Source: Callorhinchus milii
Lineage: Eukaryota
Assembly (NCBI RefSeq): GCF_018977255.1
Contig: NW_024704743.1
Coordinates: 60,390,001 to 60,454,000 of the forward strand
DNA length: 64,000 nt
Direction: 5' to 3'
The notes under the pieces were generated by a model. The model did not search any database, was not told the origin of the DNA, and saw nothing but the letters and a program-made list of their open reading frames with translations. Both the position numbers and the translations under genes were made by a program. This document shows positions 22,870 through 35,222 of this stretch, in pieces. Positions within the stretch are counted from its first letter, which is position 1; each line of letters begins with the position of its first letter.

Positions 22870-23080
22870 CAACAACAAAATTACATTTGTATAGTGCCTT
22901 TCACGCTAACAGGAGGTCGTCCCAAGGCGCTGGACAGAGTTTTGGACCCGAGCTGGGTGTCGAGGTCAGAGAGGGTGGAGGGCAGGGAGGGAAGTAGGGA
23001 GATTGAAAGCACGGTCGAAGAGGAGGCTCTTGAGATAGGTCTTGAAGGTAGTAAGGAGGGGGCGAGACAGAGGGAGGGAT
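22870..23080 (-). mobile_element. L2 3' end fragment
   Basis: Homologous to the 3' end of 35680-37745. Confidence 0.8.
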
Positions 23081-24534
23081 GATTACCAGTGGAAACATTA
23101 AGTTTCAAATAGAATCTGTTCTCTTCAACAAGATTTAAATTTTAGAACATTGACTGAGAAATGTAGTTTACATACTTGTGGTGTTGTCCTTTGCCATGGT
23201 CAGAGCCAAGGTTTATTTTTTGTACTGTGGTAGACTTACCCTGCCCCTCCAATACCTATATTTACACTGTAATACCCTACACATCAAAAGTAATCCCACA
23301 TTCAGGAAAGTAAATTGGCTGACTATCATCGGCAATATGCACTTACGATATTTATTCTGGTACTTTATTTTGTAGACACTTCTTTGCCAGTGTCTCAGCC
23401 GATGCACGTATAAACTGATGCAATGACGTGAGTACGAACTCACATAACTGATTTCTATCTGTAAGTCAAACAAATAATATTCAAGTGACACAGTAATTTG
23501 GATGCTACAACCAAGTAGTGCTCCAGGACGCTACTAACGCTTGAAGCACTCCGGGATGCTAACCTGCATGAAGGGCCCTATATAAATGCAAGTTGTTGTT
23601 GTATTAACTTTGATTTGCGGCTTGGAGAGTATTAATGTCACATTATTACCCCTTTTTTAATCAGTTGCAATTTCTACAGTTTTAATCTGAATATTGAATA
23701 TGAGTTTGCTTCACAGAATTACATAGAATGTTAGTGTACAGAAGCAGGTCTTTCAGCCCAGCTATTTCAAGCTAAATCCTTGTTTATACTCCACCCCTTC
23801 AAGTCCTCCTCTATTCCCTTCTCCGTCATGTAATCCTCAGGTTTCCTCTTAAATCCGTTGATGGTTTTTGCTTCAAGTACAACCTCCAGTAGTGAATTCT
23901 ACATTCTCATCAGGGTTTCTGGAAAGGAGAGATATTAAATACAAATACATGCATCATTATTTATAAAACAATAGTTAGCACAGATTTAGAAGTAACAGGT
24001 CATTTATTACAAATATGATAGAATTCTATAAGCAGATAATTGTCTCAGTGGAGGAGAGACAAGTGGATATAATGTACTTTGAGTTGCAGCAAGCATTCGA
24101 TAAATTTCTATATCTGAGACTTTTATATGGTGTATCAAAAATTACAGAATCCTGGAATTAATACAAATTTATTAGCTGGTTTGAAAACTATTTTAGCAAT
24201 AGGAAGCATAAGGTAAGTGGAAAATCTATCTGCAGGATAGTGAATAGCAGCAATTAAAAGATGGGTTCTGGGACCCTTATTGTTTATACTATGCATTAAT
24301 ATGTTTCTCCCACAAAATACACAGTCACTACACTTTACAGTATATTTTGTAAAGCTCTTTGAGACGTCTCGAAGATGTGATAAAGAGTTATATCAATTTC
24401 AAGGATTATTGTTATCATTAGTAACTCTGTCATGTGTAGTCATTGCTTTTGTAGTCAAACGAATACAAAGACGAGAAACAAGATATATCCTATTTAATGT
24501 AGGTATCTTTCAACTTTCTTGAATAATGCGCAGA

Positions 24535-25126
24535 TGAAAAAGTTGGTAGGGGATTAGAAGGTCGCAGAGGTACGGGGGAGCAAGGCCATGGAGGGCTTTG
24601 AAGGTGAGGACCAGAATCTTGAACTGTACCCTCTATGTGATGGGAAACCAGTGGAGTCAGGCGAGGATGGGGGTGACGGAGCCTGGTGCGGCAGAGGACA
24701 CGGGCTGCAAAGTAATGGATGATCTGCAGGAGGGAGGAGTTGGGGAGGCCGACAAGCAGGGAGTTTGCGTAGTTGAGCCTATATGTTATGAATGCGTGTA
24801 TGAGGGTCTCAGTGGACTGCGGTGTTAGACAGTGGGGGAGCCGGGTGATGTTGCGGAGGTGGGGGAAGGCAGAGTGGGTCATGGCGCAGATATGGGATAG
24901 AAAGGATAGTTGAGGGTCAAACAAGACGCCAAGGTTCTGGACTGGCTTAGCAAAGTGGAGTGTGCATCCAAGGATGGTGATGCTGTCAGTGCCTGAGGTG
25001 TGGAGGTGCTGATGGGAGTCAATCAGGAGAGCCTCGGTCTTGTTGATGTTCAATTGTAGAAAGTGAGCTCTCATCCAGACTTGATGTTTGACAGACATTC
25101 TGTCAGCACAGCAGTGGTTCTGGAGT
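24535..25126 (-). mobile_element. L2 ORF2 C-terminal fragment
   Basis: ORF 24490..25098 [46 protein letters not shown]. Confidence 0.92.
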
Positions 25127-25129
25127 CAA

Positions 25130-25693
25130 AGATGCAGTTTTGGTCTCCTTATTTAAAAAAGGACATACTTGCCCTAGAGGGGGTGCAGCATAGAATCACT
25201 GGGTTAGTTCCTGGGATGAGGGGACTGACCTATGAGGAAAGGCTGAATAAACTGGGCTATATTCTCTAGAGTACAGAAGAATTAGGGGAGATCTTATTGA
25301 AACATATAAGATTCTTAAAGGGCTGGATAAAGTAGACACTGAGGGTCTGTTTCCCCTGGTAGGAGAATCTATAACCAGGGGTCACAGTCTTAAAATTAAG
25401 GGTCAGCCTTTTAGAATAGAGTTGAGGAAATATTTCTTCACTCAGAGGGTAGTGAATTTATGGAATTCATTACCCCAGAAGGCTGCAGATGCTCAGTCCT
25501 TGAACATCTTCAAGGCTGAGACTGATAGATTTTTTAAAAATAGAGGGATTAAGGGATATGGGGATAGGGCAGGAAATTAGAGTTAGGTCTGAAGATCAGC
25601 CATGATCTTATCGAATGGCGGGGTAGGCTCGAGGGGCTGAATGGCCTACTCCTGCTCCTAATTCTTATGTTCTTATGTTCTTATGTTCTTATG
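25130..25693 (+). mobile_element. CR1 LINE 3' fragment with (TTCTTATG)n tail
   Basis: QFWSPYLKKDILALEGVQ..YEERL; GAATGGCCTACTCCTGCTCCT 3' motif and 8-mer tail. Confidence 0.93.
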
Positions 25694-26049
25694 CAGAATT
25701 TCACAAACAGATCAATTGCGTGTGAGCCTAAACCATGAGCTCGAAGTCTCCAAAGCAGGACTTAAACCCACAACTTTCTGACCCAGGGACATGAGTGCTA
25801 CCAACTAAAGTAGGCTGACATCCACTATTAGATTTCTGAATAAATATTTATTGAACTTCTGAAACATCACATTTTTCGGCACATCCAATGGTTTAGAATT
25901 TTGATAATTGAGTTGACTGAGTGACAGATGATTCAAATTTGTTAAATTATTATTATTATATCACCATAAATCAAATATATGCTGTTCTACTCCCACAAGA
26001 ACTTCCTCAGATAGGCGCACAACATACAATTCAAAAGTGCTATGTATAC

Positions 26050-26366
26050 AATAATAATAATAATCCTTGCATTTGATATAGCGCTTTTCACGTCTTCTAG
26101 ATGTCTCAAAGTGCTTCACCGTACTTACTGTAAAGTAATTTGACTGTATTTTTGTGGGCGAACGCAGCAGCCAATTGCGCAGAGCAGTGTCCCACAAACA
26201 GTTGTAGATTGAAAATGACCAATTTATTATTGTTTTGTTTTGGAGGGATTATTATTAGGCTCTGTGTGGAGTAAGGAAACTTGCCCAAGGTTTCGCCCTA
26301 CTTGGAATTGAACTCAGGTCTCTCACTTGCAAAGCGAGTGCTCTAACCACTGAGCTACAGGACTCC
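26050..26366 (-). mobile_element. Full-length short tRNA-derived Deu-domain SINE
   Basis: Reverse complement of 45475-45803, with A/B boxes and (ATT)n tail. Confidence 0.92.
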
Positions 26367-26387
26367 GAATATATTACATGTCAAAGC

Positions 26388-26819
26388 AATAAGTAGGAAC
26401 CCAGTTGTTAGTCGATTGGCAGATCGCTTTACTGTGGGTTATAATTCCCTCCAAAAAGAATAATAAATTCGGTCATTTCAACAACAACAACAACAACAAG
26501 ATTCCATTTATTGAGCGCCTTTCACGTCGGGAGGACGTCCCAAGGTGCTGTACAGTTGGGTCAGGACCCGAGCAGGGGGCAATGGTCAGGGTGAGGGGAG
26601 GGAAGGGAGGGAGCGAGGAGGGGGTAGAGAGTCGAGAGGGGAGCTGAAGGCACGGTCAAAGAGAAGACTGTGGGACACTTCTGTGTGCAATTGGCTGCTG
26701 CGTTTCGCCCACAAAATATACAGTCATTTCACTTTATAGTATATTCTGTGAAACGCTTTGAGACATCTCAAACGACGAGATAAGGTGCTATATCAAATGC
26801 AAGGATTATTATTATTATT
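26388..26819 (+). mobile_element. 5'-truncated Deu-domain SINE with 18-bp TSD, interrupted by an L2-tail fragment (26480-26665, minus strand)
   Basis: TSD TATATTACAT(G/C)TCAAAGC at 26370-26387 and 26821-26838. Confidence 0.85.
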
Positions 26820-27763
26820 CTATATTACATCTCAAAGCTTACCACAATACTGAGAGCAGTAATAATATAAGTACAAATATAACGATGAGGATCAATTTGT
26901 CATATTTCTTAATGAAAATCTACAGTTCTGGAAATAGATTACATCTTTCAATAACTGGAAGTACGGTGTGACATATATTGTGATGCTGGCAGGAGTTGTT
27001 ATTTATGTGGCTCAGATTCATTATTATTATTATTAAAATTGTTATTACTAAGAACTCCCTATTTTTAAGGAATCCTCTTAAAAATAGTGCATTATATTAT
27101 ACCTCTATAGCTAAAAAATACATATTTCACATGTTAAGTATTCACACAATTTTTATTGAAATATTGTCATGACTGAGATATAAAATGAGCTGAACTCAAG
27201 TAGTATCTGATAGTCTCTATAGTTATTGAATTCTAAGTTAGTTCAACTTTCATTTTAATCGAGAAAGACTGTCTTTTAGGCCAAGTCAGGGTAGTACATT
27301 TTCTGACCAACCCTAACACGATGATGGCCAGTTTCCTTTACCTCAGGACACACCACATCCTCACAACGAAGTTACAGGAGGCAATACTTTGGCTGCTCTG
27401 GAATATCATTCTGACTATAGATTTTTAACTGTCATGTGAGTTGGGTGGAGTGTAATTATATTGTTTAGTCCCTTTAGAATCTTAAAGACAGCAATCATGT
27501 CACCTCTCAATCGTCTCTTTTCCAGGTAAACATGCCCATTCTGTTAAGGCACTAAATAAAATGAATGGAATCAATTAATGTTACCTACTGCAGGTGTTAT
27601 GAACAATGGCATACGATCCTTACTATGTCTCCTCTAAGATGGAGATATCTACAATGACAATCTTATTCAAGTGCACTAAATGTGAAGTAACATGTTCGTA
27701 GCTACTATTTTATGTATGTTAAGTACAACCCCACTTTCAAAATCTTTACTGACCTATTTTGCC

Positions 27764-28051
27764 TTTTTTGGGGGGTTCAGCTGGGTGTCTGACACATGCG
27801 GAAAATTCCATGATTTCCACCCGCTGTCATCAGCAGTGCCCTGGAGTTCTGTAAACCCGCCTGGCTCAGGGACCAAGATACCAAGTTGACCACAGAGGGC
27901 TGGCTCGATTCTGACATTCTACTGCCAAACATGTCACCTCAGAGCCAATTCAGCTCCAAGGAGACCCCACTTATCTTCCCCCACCCCAGAAGGATAGTCA
28001 CAATTTGTTACTTTGGCATCCATTGGATAGTCACTAGTTGGTTGTTTGACA
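27764..28051 (-). repeat. Internally deleted copy of the unclassified ~630-bp family
   Basis: Retains both ends seen in 30691-31327. Confidence 0.75.
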
Positions 28052-28059
28052 CGCAGTGG

Positions 28060-28270
28060 AGCTTGTGGTTTGATCAGGAAGGAGCAGGCGGCCTCTGTTC
28101 TCATGGTTCTGTTTGATATTGCAGAACTTCATAAGGCTGAGGGGATACCCACCTACTTTGCATTCATCGACTTCTGGTTTTGCGTTCATTGACTGGCAAG
28201 ATTTTTGCCCGAGTGCCTCTTGAGGCCCTCATGATGAAACTGAAAGCCATGGGAATACATGGCCAATCTT
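28060..28270 (+). mobile_element. Old non-LTR reverse transcriptase fragment
   Basis: LIRKEQA..ELHKAEGIPTYFAFIDF..LMMKLKAMGIHG. Confidence 0.6.
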
Positions 28271-28744
28271 GGATTTTATCTGCAATGTGCACTCCAGTTC
28301 CAAGATCCATGTAAGAGTTGACAGTGGATCCATTAACAGTTGTGGGAAATTTTTGTGCACAAAATAGGCTGCTGCATTTATTTACAAAATACATAGTCAC
28401 CACACTTTAGAGGAAATCCTATTAAGTGTTTTAACATATTTTCCTGCCTGCAACAGGAGAAAGGCAGCTTCTATCATCCCAAAACTATTCATGATTGTTA
28501 GAGTGAAATCTGGCTCCAGATGTTTTATATTAAAATACACTATGTTTCTTCTCCGAGACACTGAAGGGCACTATATAAATGCAAATTGGTTGTTGTTGTA
28601 TTATAATAATACCTAAATTTCATATGAAGCCTTTCATATCAGGATAACATCTCAAAGCACTTCACAGGATATACTGTAAAGTGTAATAGCTGTGCATTTA
28701 GGAGGTGAAAGTGGCAGCTAATTTGCACACAGCAATAGCTCACA

Positions 28745-28925
28745 ATATTCCACAAACAGCCATGAAGGCCTGGAACAGCTATACCAAGTCCACCCCCTCG
28801 ATGCCACCCAAAACATCATTGATGAACACAATGTATAGAGTGGGTGACAATGTGCAACCTCATCTTACTCCCCTTTCAAGAGGAATGGGCTCAGGTGCCT
28901 TGCTTTTCATCCATCAGATCCATTG
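28745..28925 (-). mobile_element. Old non-LTR reverse transcriptase fragment
   Basis: Minus strand reads GVR*GCTLSPTLYIVFIND (RT QG..LSP motif). Confidence 0.65.
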
Positions 28926-30690
28926 TGAAATGCCATGTTATTTCATCCTGTTATTTTGTCCTTTTTATACTGCAAGCTATTTGATGTTTCTGGTGTGGAT
29001 CGTTTCTGAGATTGGCGGATGCTCTGCAATGAATACACTTTGCTTTCTTTTAATATAAATAACCATTAGAAATAATTCAGTGTTTGTTGGACCTACACAC
29101 ATTTTTTTTCCAATTTTCAATCTAGAATAATCCATTTTTACTTCCAAGGATGAGAGGTAGGTAGATATCCCTCATGCAAGGTAGTGCTTTGGGATGCTGT
29201 CCTGCGTGAGGGTCGCTATATAAATGCAAGTTGTTGTAGGTACACTCTATTCCATCTAATTTGCTAGTGGATTTTTGTTTGTCAATTAAAAATGAAGATG
29301 TACCTGCCCCATCTGGTTGGGTAGCAGAGCTGTGGTAGCTTGGAGCTTGAATCAAAGCCTGTTAACAGAGAGCCATGTCCAGCCCACATTCCCTTGCAGG
29401 TTCAGCAGCTCAGCTGACCTCTCCAGTTTCACTGGTATCAAACTAGGGAATTCACACTTCCCGTGTTGCAGCTGCACTCCTGATGGCCAGCTTTACAATC
29501 CCATTACTTCAGGTCTCACACCACCTCAGCTCTACTTCTCCTGCCAGGGTTTCTACATTAGGATGTAATTCCTCTGGGACTGCCAGTTTTGCCAGACATC
29601 TACGCAATCTTTCTGGCAATAGTTAAAACGCTTCAATAAAAAGTCAAAGCCGAGATTATGCAAACCTCTTAAATCTTTGTGTTTGGAGCTGAAAGCTTTA
29701 TTTACTAATGCACAAAAATATACATTTCTTATTGTGATGTTTAGATGTGGACATACAGTCATACACAGAACTGTATTTTTTAATGAATTATAGTTTCACG
29801 AATTTAGGGAATTTGCAAAGAATTCAGCCTATCAAGCCTGTGCTGCTCCCCAAGAGCAGCAAACTTCCCACCGGTGGGAAGAGATACTGTTTGCCGAGTA
29901 TTACAGAAAACAGGAAGTTGCTCTGATAAGTGTGCAGACTCAGAAATTGAACCACTCTTTTTCATGTGCTGACCTGCTCCGGGTTTCCACTATTTGCTGC
30001 TTTTACTTCACCAGGCCTGTCTGGAACTTATGTACTTGAAGAGAGGAAGAGGGGGAAGGGAGGGGAATGCATTCTCCTGCCAATTGCACATATGGGGAGA
30101 AGGTTTTCAGCTTTGAGATTGAGAACTACACAGAAAAGATGTTTAAATAAAATTAAATAAAAAATTGAAACTCTACAAATATACGAACAGTCTGCATTCC
30201 ATTGAGTATTACATTCTGGCTTAAATTAACATTTTTTCCATTCTTTTTCTCCTCTTGCCTTCAACTGGGAGAGCGGCTGAACATTCTTCTGCCAGTGGGT
30301 CACTATGACTGAGCCAAAAGAACAGTTGCTAAGGAGCCAGATTCACAAAGTCTGTTTCTCATCTCCCTAGAGTGAGAGGCTGGATGAACAGAAGATCAGA
30401 AAATCAAACGAAACCTAGGAAAAAAAAGAGACCATTCTGCCTATCAACCTATGCTGATGCTAGCTCCTCCGCTTAACACAATTCCTTGCTCTTTCCAAGT
30501 ACCCTGTTGTATTGTTTCTTTTCGAATGCTTAGTCAATTCCCAACATCTCTCTTCATGCAATCTAAATGCAAACTGAGCAAACACTGATGGGCATGAGGT
30601 TAGATAGCCCTAAGATTCAAGCTCATGACATCAACAATGTGATGAGTGCCTTTAATTTCATTTTTTTGCATAAATTTTGCAGTTAATTTT

Positions 30691-31327
30691 TCAGGTGTCG
30701 AATGACCAACTAGTGACTATCCTCCTTTGGGTGGAGGTAAATGGGGTTTCCTTGGAGCTGAACTAGCTCCAAGGTGAAATGCTTAAAAACGGATTATCGG
30801 AAACAAGCCAGCCCTCTGTGGCGGTCTTGGTAGTCCGGTTCCTGAGCCAGGCAGGTCTGCAGTGTTCCAGGGCACTGATGATGACAGTCCTGGCTCGTCG
30901 GCAGGACTTGGAAGATCAGACCAGTCACTGGGGTCAAGGAATCATCCCACTCAGCTGCTGTTAACTCTGTAAGCCAAAGCCTTAATCGGTAGGCTGGTCC
31001 TAGCTGGACAAGCGGTGGGAAAGTTTTCCAGATAGAGATATCAATGGTAAGCTATGCGGTTATAGCTGCTTAGACTCCAGCAATATCCCAAGGCACACTC
31101 TGGGGTCTCCAAGCCTCAGCTCTTGCCAACCTTCACTTGATACTTTCTGGAATTAGTTAAGCAGAAAGTGTATCTCCACAAAGAGAGTGCGCATTCCTTT
31201 CCAACAATCTATCTCTGGAATTTCCTTGTGTAGGTGGGATGCATGGAATTCTCAGTTTGGTTTGGATACCCTTAAGCATGGGGATTGGTTTCCACAGGTG
31301 ACACCTAGCTGATCCACCCAAAAAAAT
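30691..31327 (+). repeat. Most complete copy of the unclassified ~630-bp interspersed repeat
   Basis: At least 9 related segments elsewhere in the window; defined 5' end TCAGRTGTCRAATGACC and 3' end GACACC..CCCAAAAAA; orientation assumed from the A-rich end. Confidence 0.8.
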
Positions 31328-34124
31328 AACAAATGTATGAGTATAAAAAAGAAAAGTGTAAACTATTAGATTCTGAAAGGAATAAAAAATATATAATTCT
31401 AATATATAATAACAATCCTAGTATTTGATACAGTGCAGACGGGCGATTCCTGACTATCTTAAAGGGAATATCTCAAAAAAATGTGTGCACAACCTGTGCG
31501 CTGTGAACCTGTCCACACTCCCCACTAAGTGGGGAGGGATACCGAGTTGGGGTTACAAGATCCCATTCATAACTGCGCCCTGCAAAGGACAGCAGAACCC
31601 TGAGGTGGCGAAACCTTGGTCCCTTTACCAAAGTGGAATGCACAGAGGCAAATCCCCCCACCCACCCCCCGCCACAAGGGGCCGGGTCTGTTGCATCCTG
31701 TAACAGGATAATAACATGTTGCGTCTTTTTTTCTGTAACTGGTTTGATACTGTCTGAGACCAGCGTGAACATATAGCAACAAATAAATATATATATTTTG
31801 TTTAAAAAAACATTATTATGTCATTGAGATGTCTCACAGTGCTTGACAGGATATACTGTAAAATGGTGTAACTGTGTATTTTGTGGGCAATCAGGAGGAG
31901 GTGCAACGATGCACTTCTGGTGGCAAAGATAATACAATCCCAGAGTTCTGGGCCTTACTGCCCTTTGCATAAAAAAATACTCCCTGGTGCCTGTTCTAAA
32001 CTTGCTCTTTGCAGTCCTGAACCTGTGCCCTTGGCCTACTGCCTTGGCCTATCTGAAAATATTGTTTGGTTTACTTTCCTTAATCCCATTTAACATCATC
32101 TTACTACCAGCCTTCCTGACATCATTTAATAACAGAGCTCAGTCAATGGGGCAATGGAAAATTGGCAGACTGATTGAAATGGTTGGAACAACTTAATCAT
32201 ATTAAGCAGACTTTTTTTTTCCCCCACAGTGAGGGGAACCCTGTGAAGTGTCAGACAACATGAACAAACTAGTTACCAGTCCAGGTACCTGTGGATCAAT
32301 TTAAACTTTGTTCAGAAATAGTCCCTTAATATATTTTGATGATCTAATTCACAACCAGCTCTTTAATAACATTATAAAATATCTGCTACTGGTTATTAGG
32401 GCTTTGCAAAGTGCCTTTCACATGGGAGAACATCACAAAGTGATTCACAGAGATGGAGTGGGAGCCAAAGTAAGGTGGGAAATAGAAGGTATAGGAGGGA
32501 AGTGATGAAAGTCAAGGAGTTAGGTTTTAAAAGAGTGTCGACCGTAGAAATAGGGATGCGAGGCAGCGGAATTTAAGAAGAGATTTCTAGACAGCAGAGG
32601 CAAAGTGACCAATTGTTCTCCAATAGAGAGGTAGAGTGAGCGAGGGAGGTGAAGCAGGCCTACGTTAGAGTGGGCAACAAGTATAACTATAGAGAGAGAG
32701 AATGGAGTAAAGTTGAGAGACATTTGAAGGATTCAATGAGGATCTTAAAATTGTTCTGCTAATAATAACGACTACTATTTCATTTTTTTCAGATTACTAA
32801 AATATTTTGATAGATCTTAATAAAAAGATTCATCCACTGTTAGACTATGAGATCTCAGGCAAGTGTTTACTGTAGGACAAGACTGCTGATGACATCTGTA
32901 AGTGATAATGTTCAGACTTGTTGTGCCTGAGGCAGTTGGGTATGATGGAATGCAACCTTAGCTTTACTGCGGTGAAGGAGGATGAAGGTATTGGAAAACC
33001 TGAGGAAATTTTCTCCTGTTGAGAAAATTATTGTATAATTATCAACAGGGGGAAATTGAGTTTTGAGTGGGATAAAAAAAATCTGTTAAAGAAAGATTTT
33101 TTTTCTCTCCCCCAGAAGAACAAATCATAGATAGTGGTTACCACACACATTGTTGAAAACAGCACTTCCCATATTTAGATACTCACTCCTCTTGTTCAAG
33201 GCTTAACTCAAAATGCATCTCTTGGACTGCACTTTCGGTCATTTCCTCTTTGACCGTGCCTACTGTGACCTCCTCCCTCTCCCTGGCTTGGTGTCAAACT
33301 CTGCCATTGTTCAGCCATCCGAGTCGCTGCTCCACGTAAAGGGTGCTGTATAAATGCGTAATGTTGTTGCTGTTATCCTTCCCCTTCCCACCTCCAACTT
33401 GGGAAGCGGGGGAGCAGGCAGCAGGGTCAAGCACTTTGAGACATCCTCCAGATGTGAAAGGCAAATGTAATTTTTTGTATTATGTTGTATGCTGTTGAAC
33501 ATCAATGGATTTTAGACAAACTAATATTGTGTCCTATCCATGAAGCTTTTTAGTCAGGGTTTGAGTAGGCATGAAGCTTTAGTAGGGTAGATATTCCACC
33601 TGGATCTAGATTGGTCGTAATGTACTCTGGTAGGTTTCCCTGCTGGTCGAATTTATGTACTAAACATTAATGATGTAAGCTGAGAAAACTGGGATTTCTA
33701 TCCAACAAAGAGTTAACAGGGAGTATCCAGCTGCTGTCTGAATCTTTGAAGAAGGCGGACCAGGATATCGCTGTGAGATACAGAATTAGCAACACATTCT
33801 GGTTACCTGGTTGATATTGCATTCGGGCCTGGCTTAGCTGGTACATTTTTGTCTACAATGTCCCCAAGAAAGTCTGTGTTGTAACCAGGCCTAAATCAAC
33901 AGCATAATATGTCACTCCTTTGAGCCAAAACCATCAAAGGACTCCGAGTCATAACTTAAGGTTACAAAAGTTGCCAATCTAAATAACTAAGAGCTCCAGA
34001 AGAGAGCCAAGTCACTGTAAGATTTTTATTCTGCAAGTCTCAGGAGTCTGTTAATCCATAACTTCTATGTTCTACATTGTAACAGTTTGTTGTACAGGGC
34101 TTGCTTACAGAATATATTTATGAT

Positions 34125-35222
34125 AACAAAACCATACGTCGCTGGGAACACCAGCAGATCAGGCAGCATCTATGGAGAAAGGAAAGTGAGAAAACATTTC
34201 TCACTTACAGTCAGCATTTTTCACTTCCACCCCACCAGCCTCAACCACCAACAAATAATTTTCTGCCATTTCCGGCACCTCCAGCATGATCTTTCCCCGT
34301 TCGTTCCCTCCCCTCCCCTCTCAGCATTCCGAAGGGACCATTCCCTCCGTGACTCCTTGGTTCATCTCTCCATCAGCACCAACAGTCATTCTCCTCCCCC
34401 TGGCACCTTCCCATGCCAGCCCAGGAGATGCAATACCTGCCCTTCCATCTCCTCCCATTCCACTGTCCAGGGCCCCAAACATAGATTTCAAGTGAGACAG
34501 CCATTTACATGTACTACCACCAATGTAGTTTACTGCATTCGCTGCTCACGATGTGGTCTCCTCTACACTGGGGAGATGAAACTCAGATTGGGTGACCGAT
34601 TTGCCAAACACTACCGTTCTATCCGCAAGCCCAACCCTGAGCTTCTTGCCATTTCAACTCTCCCTCCCACTGGCTCTGACCTCTCCGTCCACGGTCACAG
34701 CACAAGCTCGAGGAACAGCACCTCATTTATCTGTTAGGAACCTTACAGTCCTCTGGCCTCAATATTGATTTCAACAATTATAGACCGTAACAGCTCACTT
34801 TCCCCCTCCCCCTCTTCTGTGACCAGTACCACATCATCTTGGTCCCAGACATATCTTTTCTCTCTCTGATCTGCTTATTTTGTTGCAATTTCCCCCCACC
34901 CCTTTGTTCTGCAGTATTAACATCTCTATTTCCCTGCTTTGTTACAATCTCCCCCTTTGTTTTTTTCTATCACCTCTTAACACCTCTTTAACCCATCATC
35001 CCCTGTCCTCTACCCCATCGTCTCCTTTGTCTTCCTCGCCCTGCCTCCCCCCTCTCTGTTAGCCTCTCTCTTCCAACATGCCCCAGTTCTGATGAAGGGT
35101 CATAGTCCCGAAATGTTGACGTACTTTCTTTTCTCCATAGATGCTGCCTGACCTTCTGAGTGTTCCCAGCGACTTCTGTTTTTGTTTCAGATTTCCAGCA
35201 TCTGCAAGATTTTGCCTTTTGT
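34125..35222 (+). mobile_element. Penelope-like element (probably Neptune-type): GIY-YIG endonuclease region, 3' pLTR, and an inverted partial pLTR at the 5' end
   Basis: ORF 34087..34737 FPCQPRRCNTCP..FTCTTTNVVYCIRCSRCGLLYTGE..RLGDRF..H; inverted repeat 34127-34200 vs 35110-35185. Confidence 0.9.
35084..35122 (+). ncRNA. Minimal type I hammerhead ribozyme motif (degenerate) in the PLE pLTR
   Basis: CAGTT CTGATGA AGGGTCATAGTCCC GAAA TGTT GAC: CUGAUGA and GAAA boxes flanking a GGG/CCC stem II. Confidence 0.7.
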
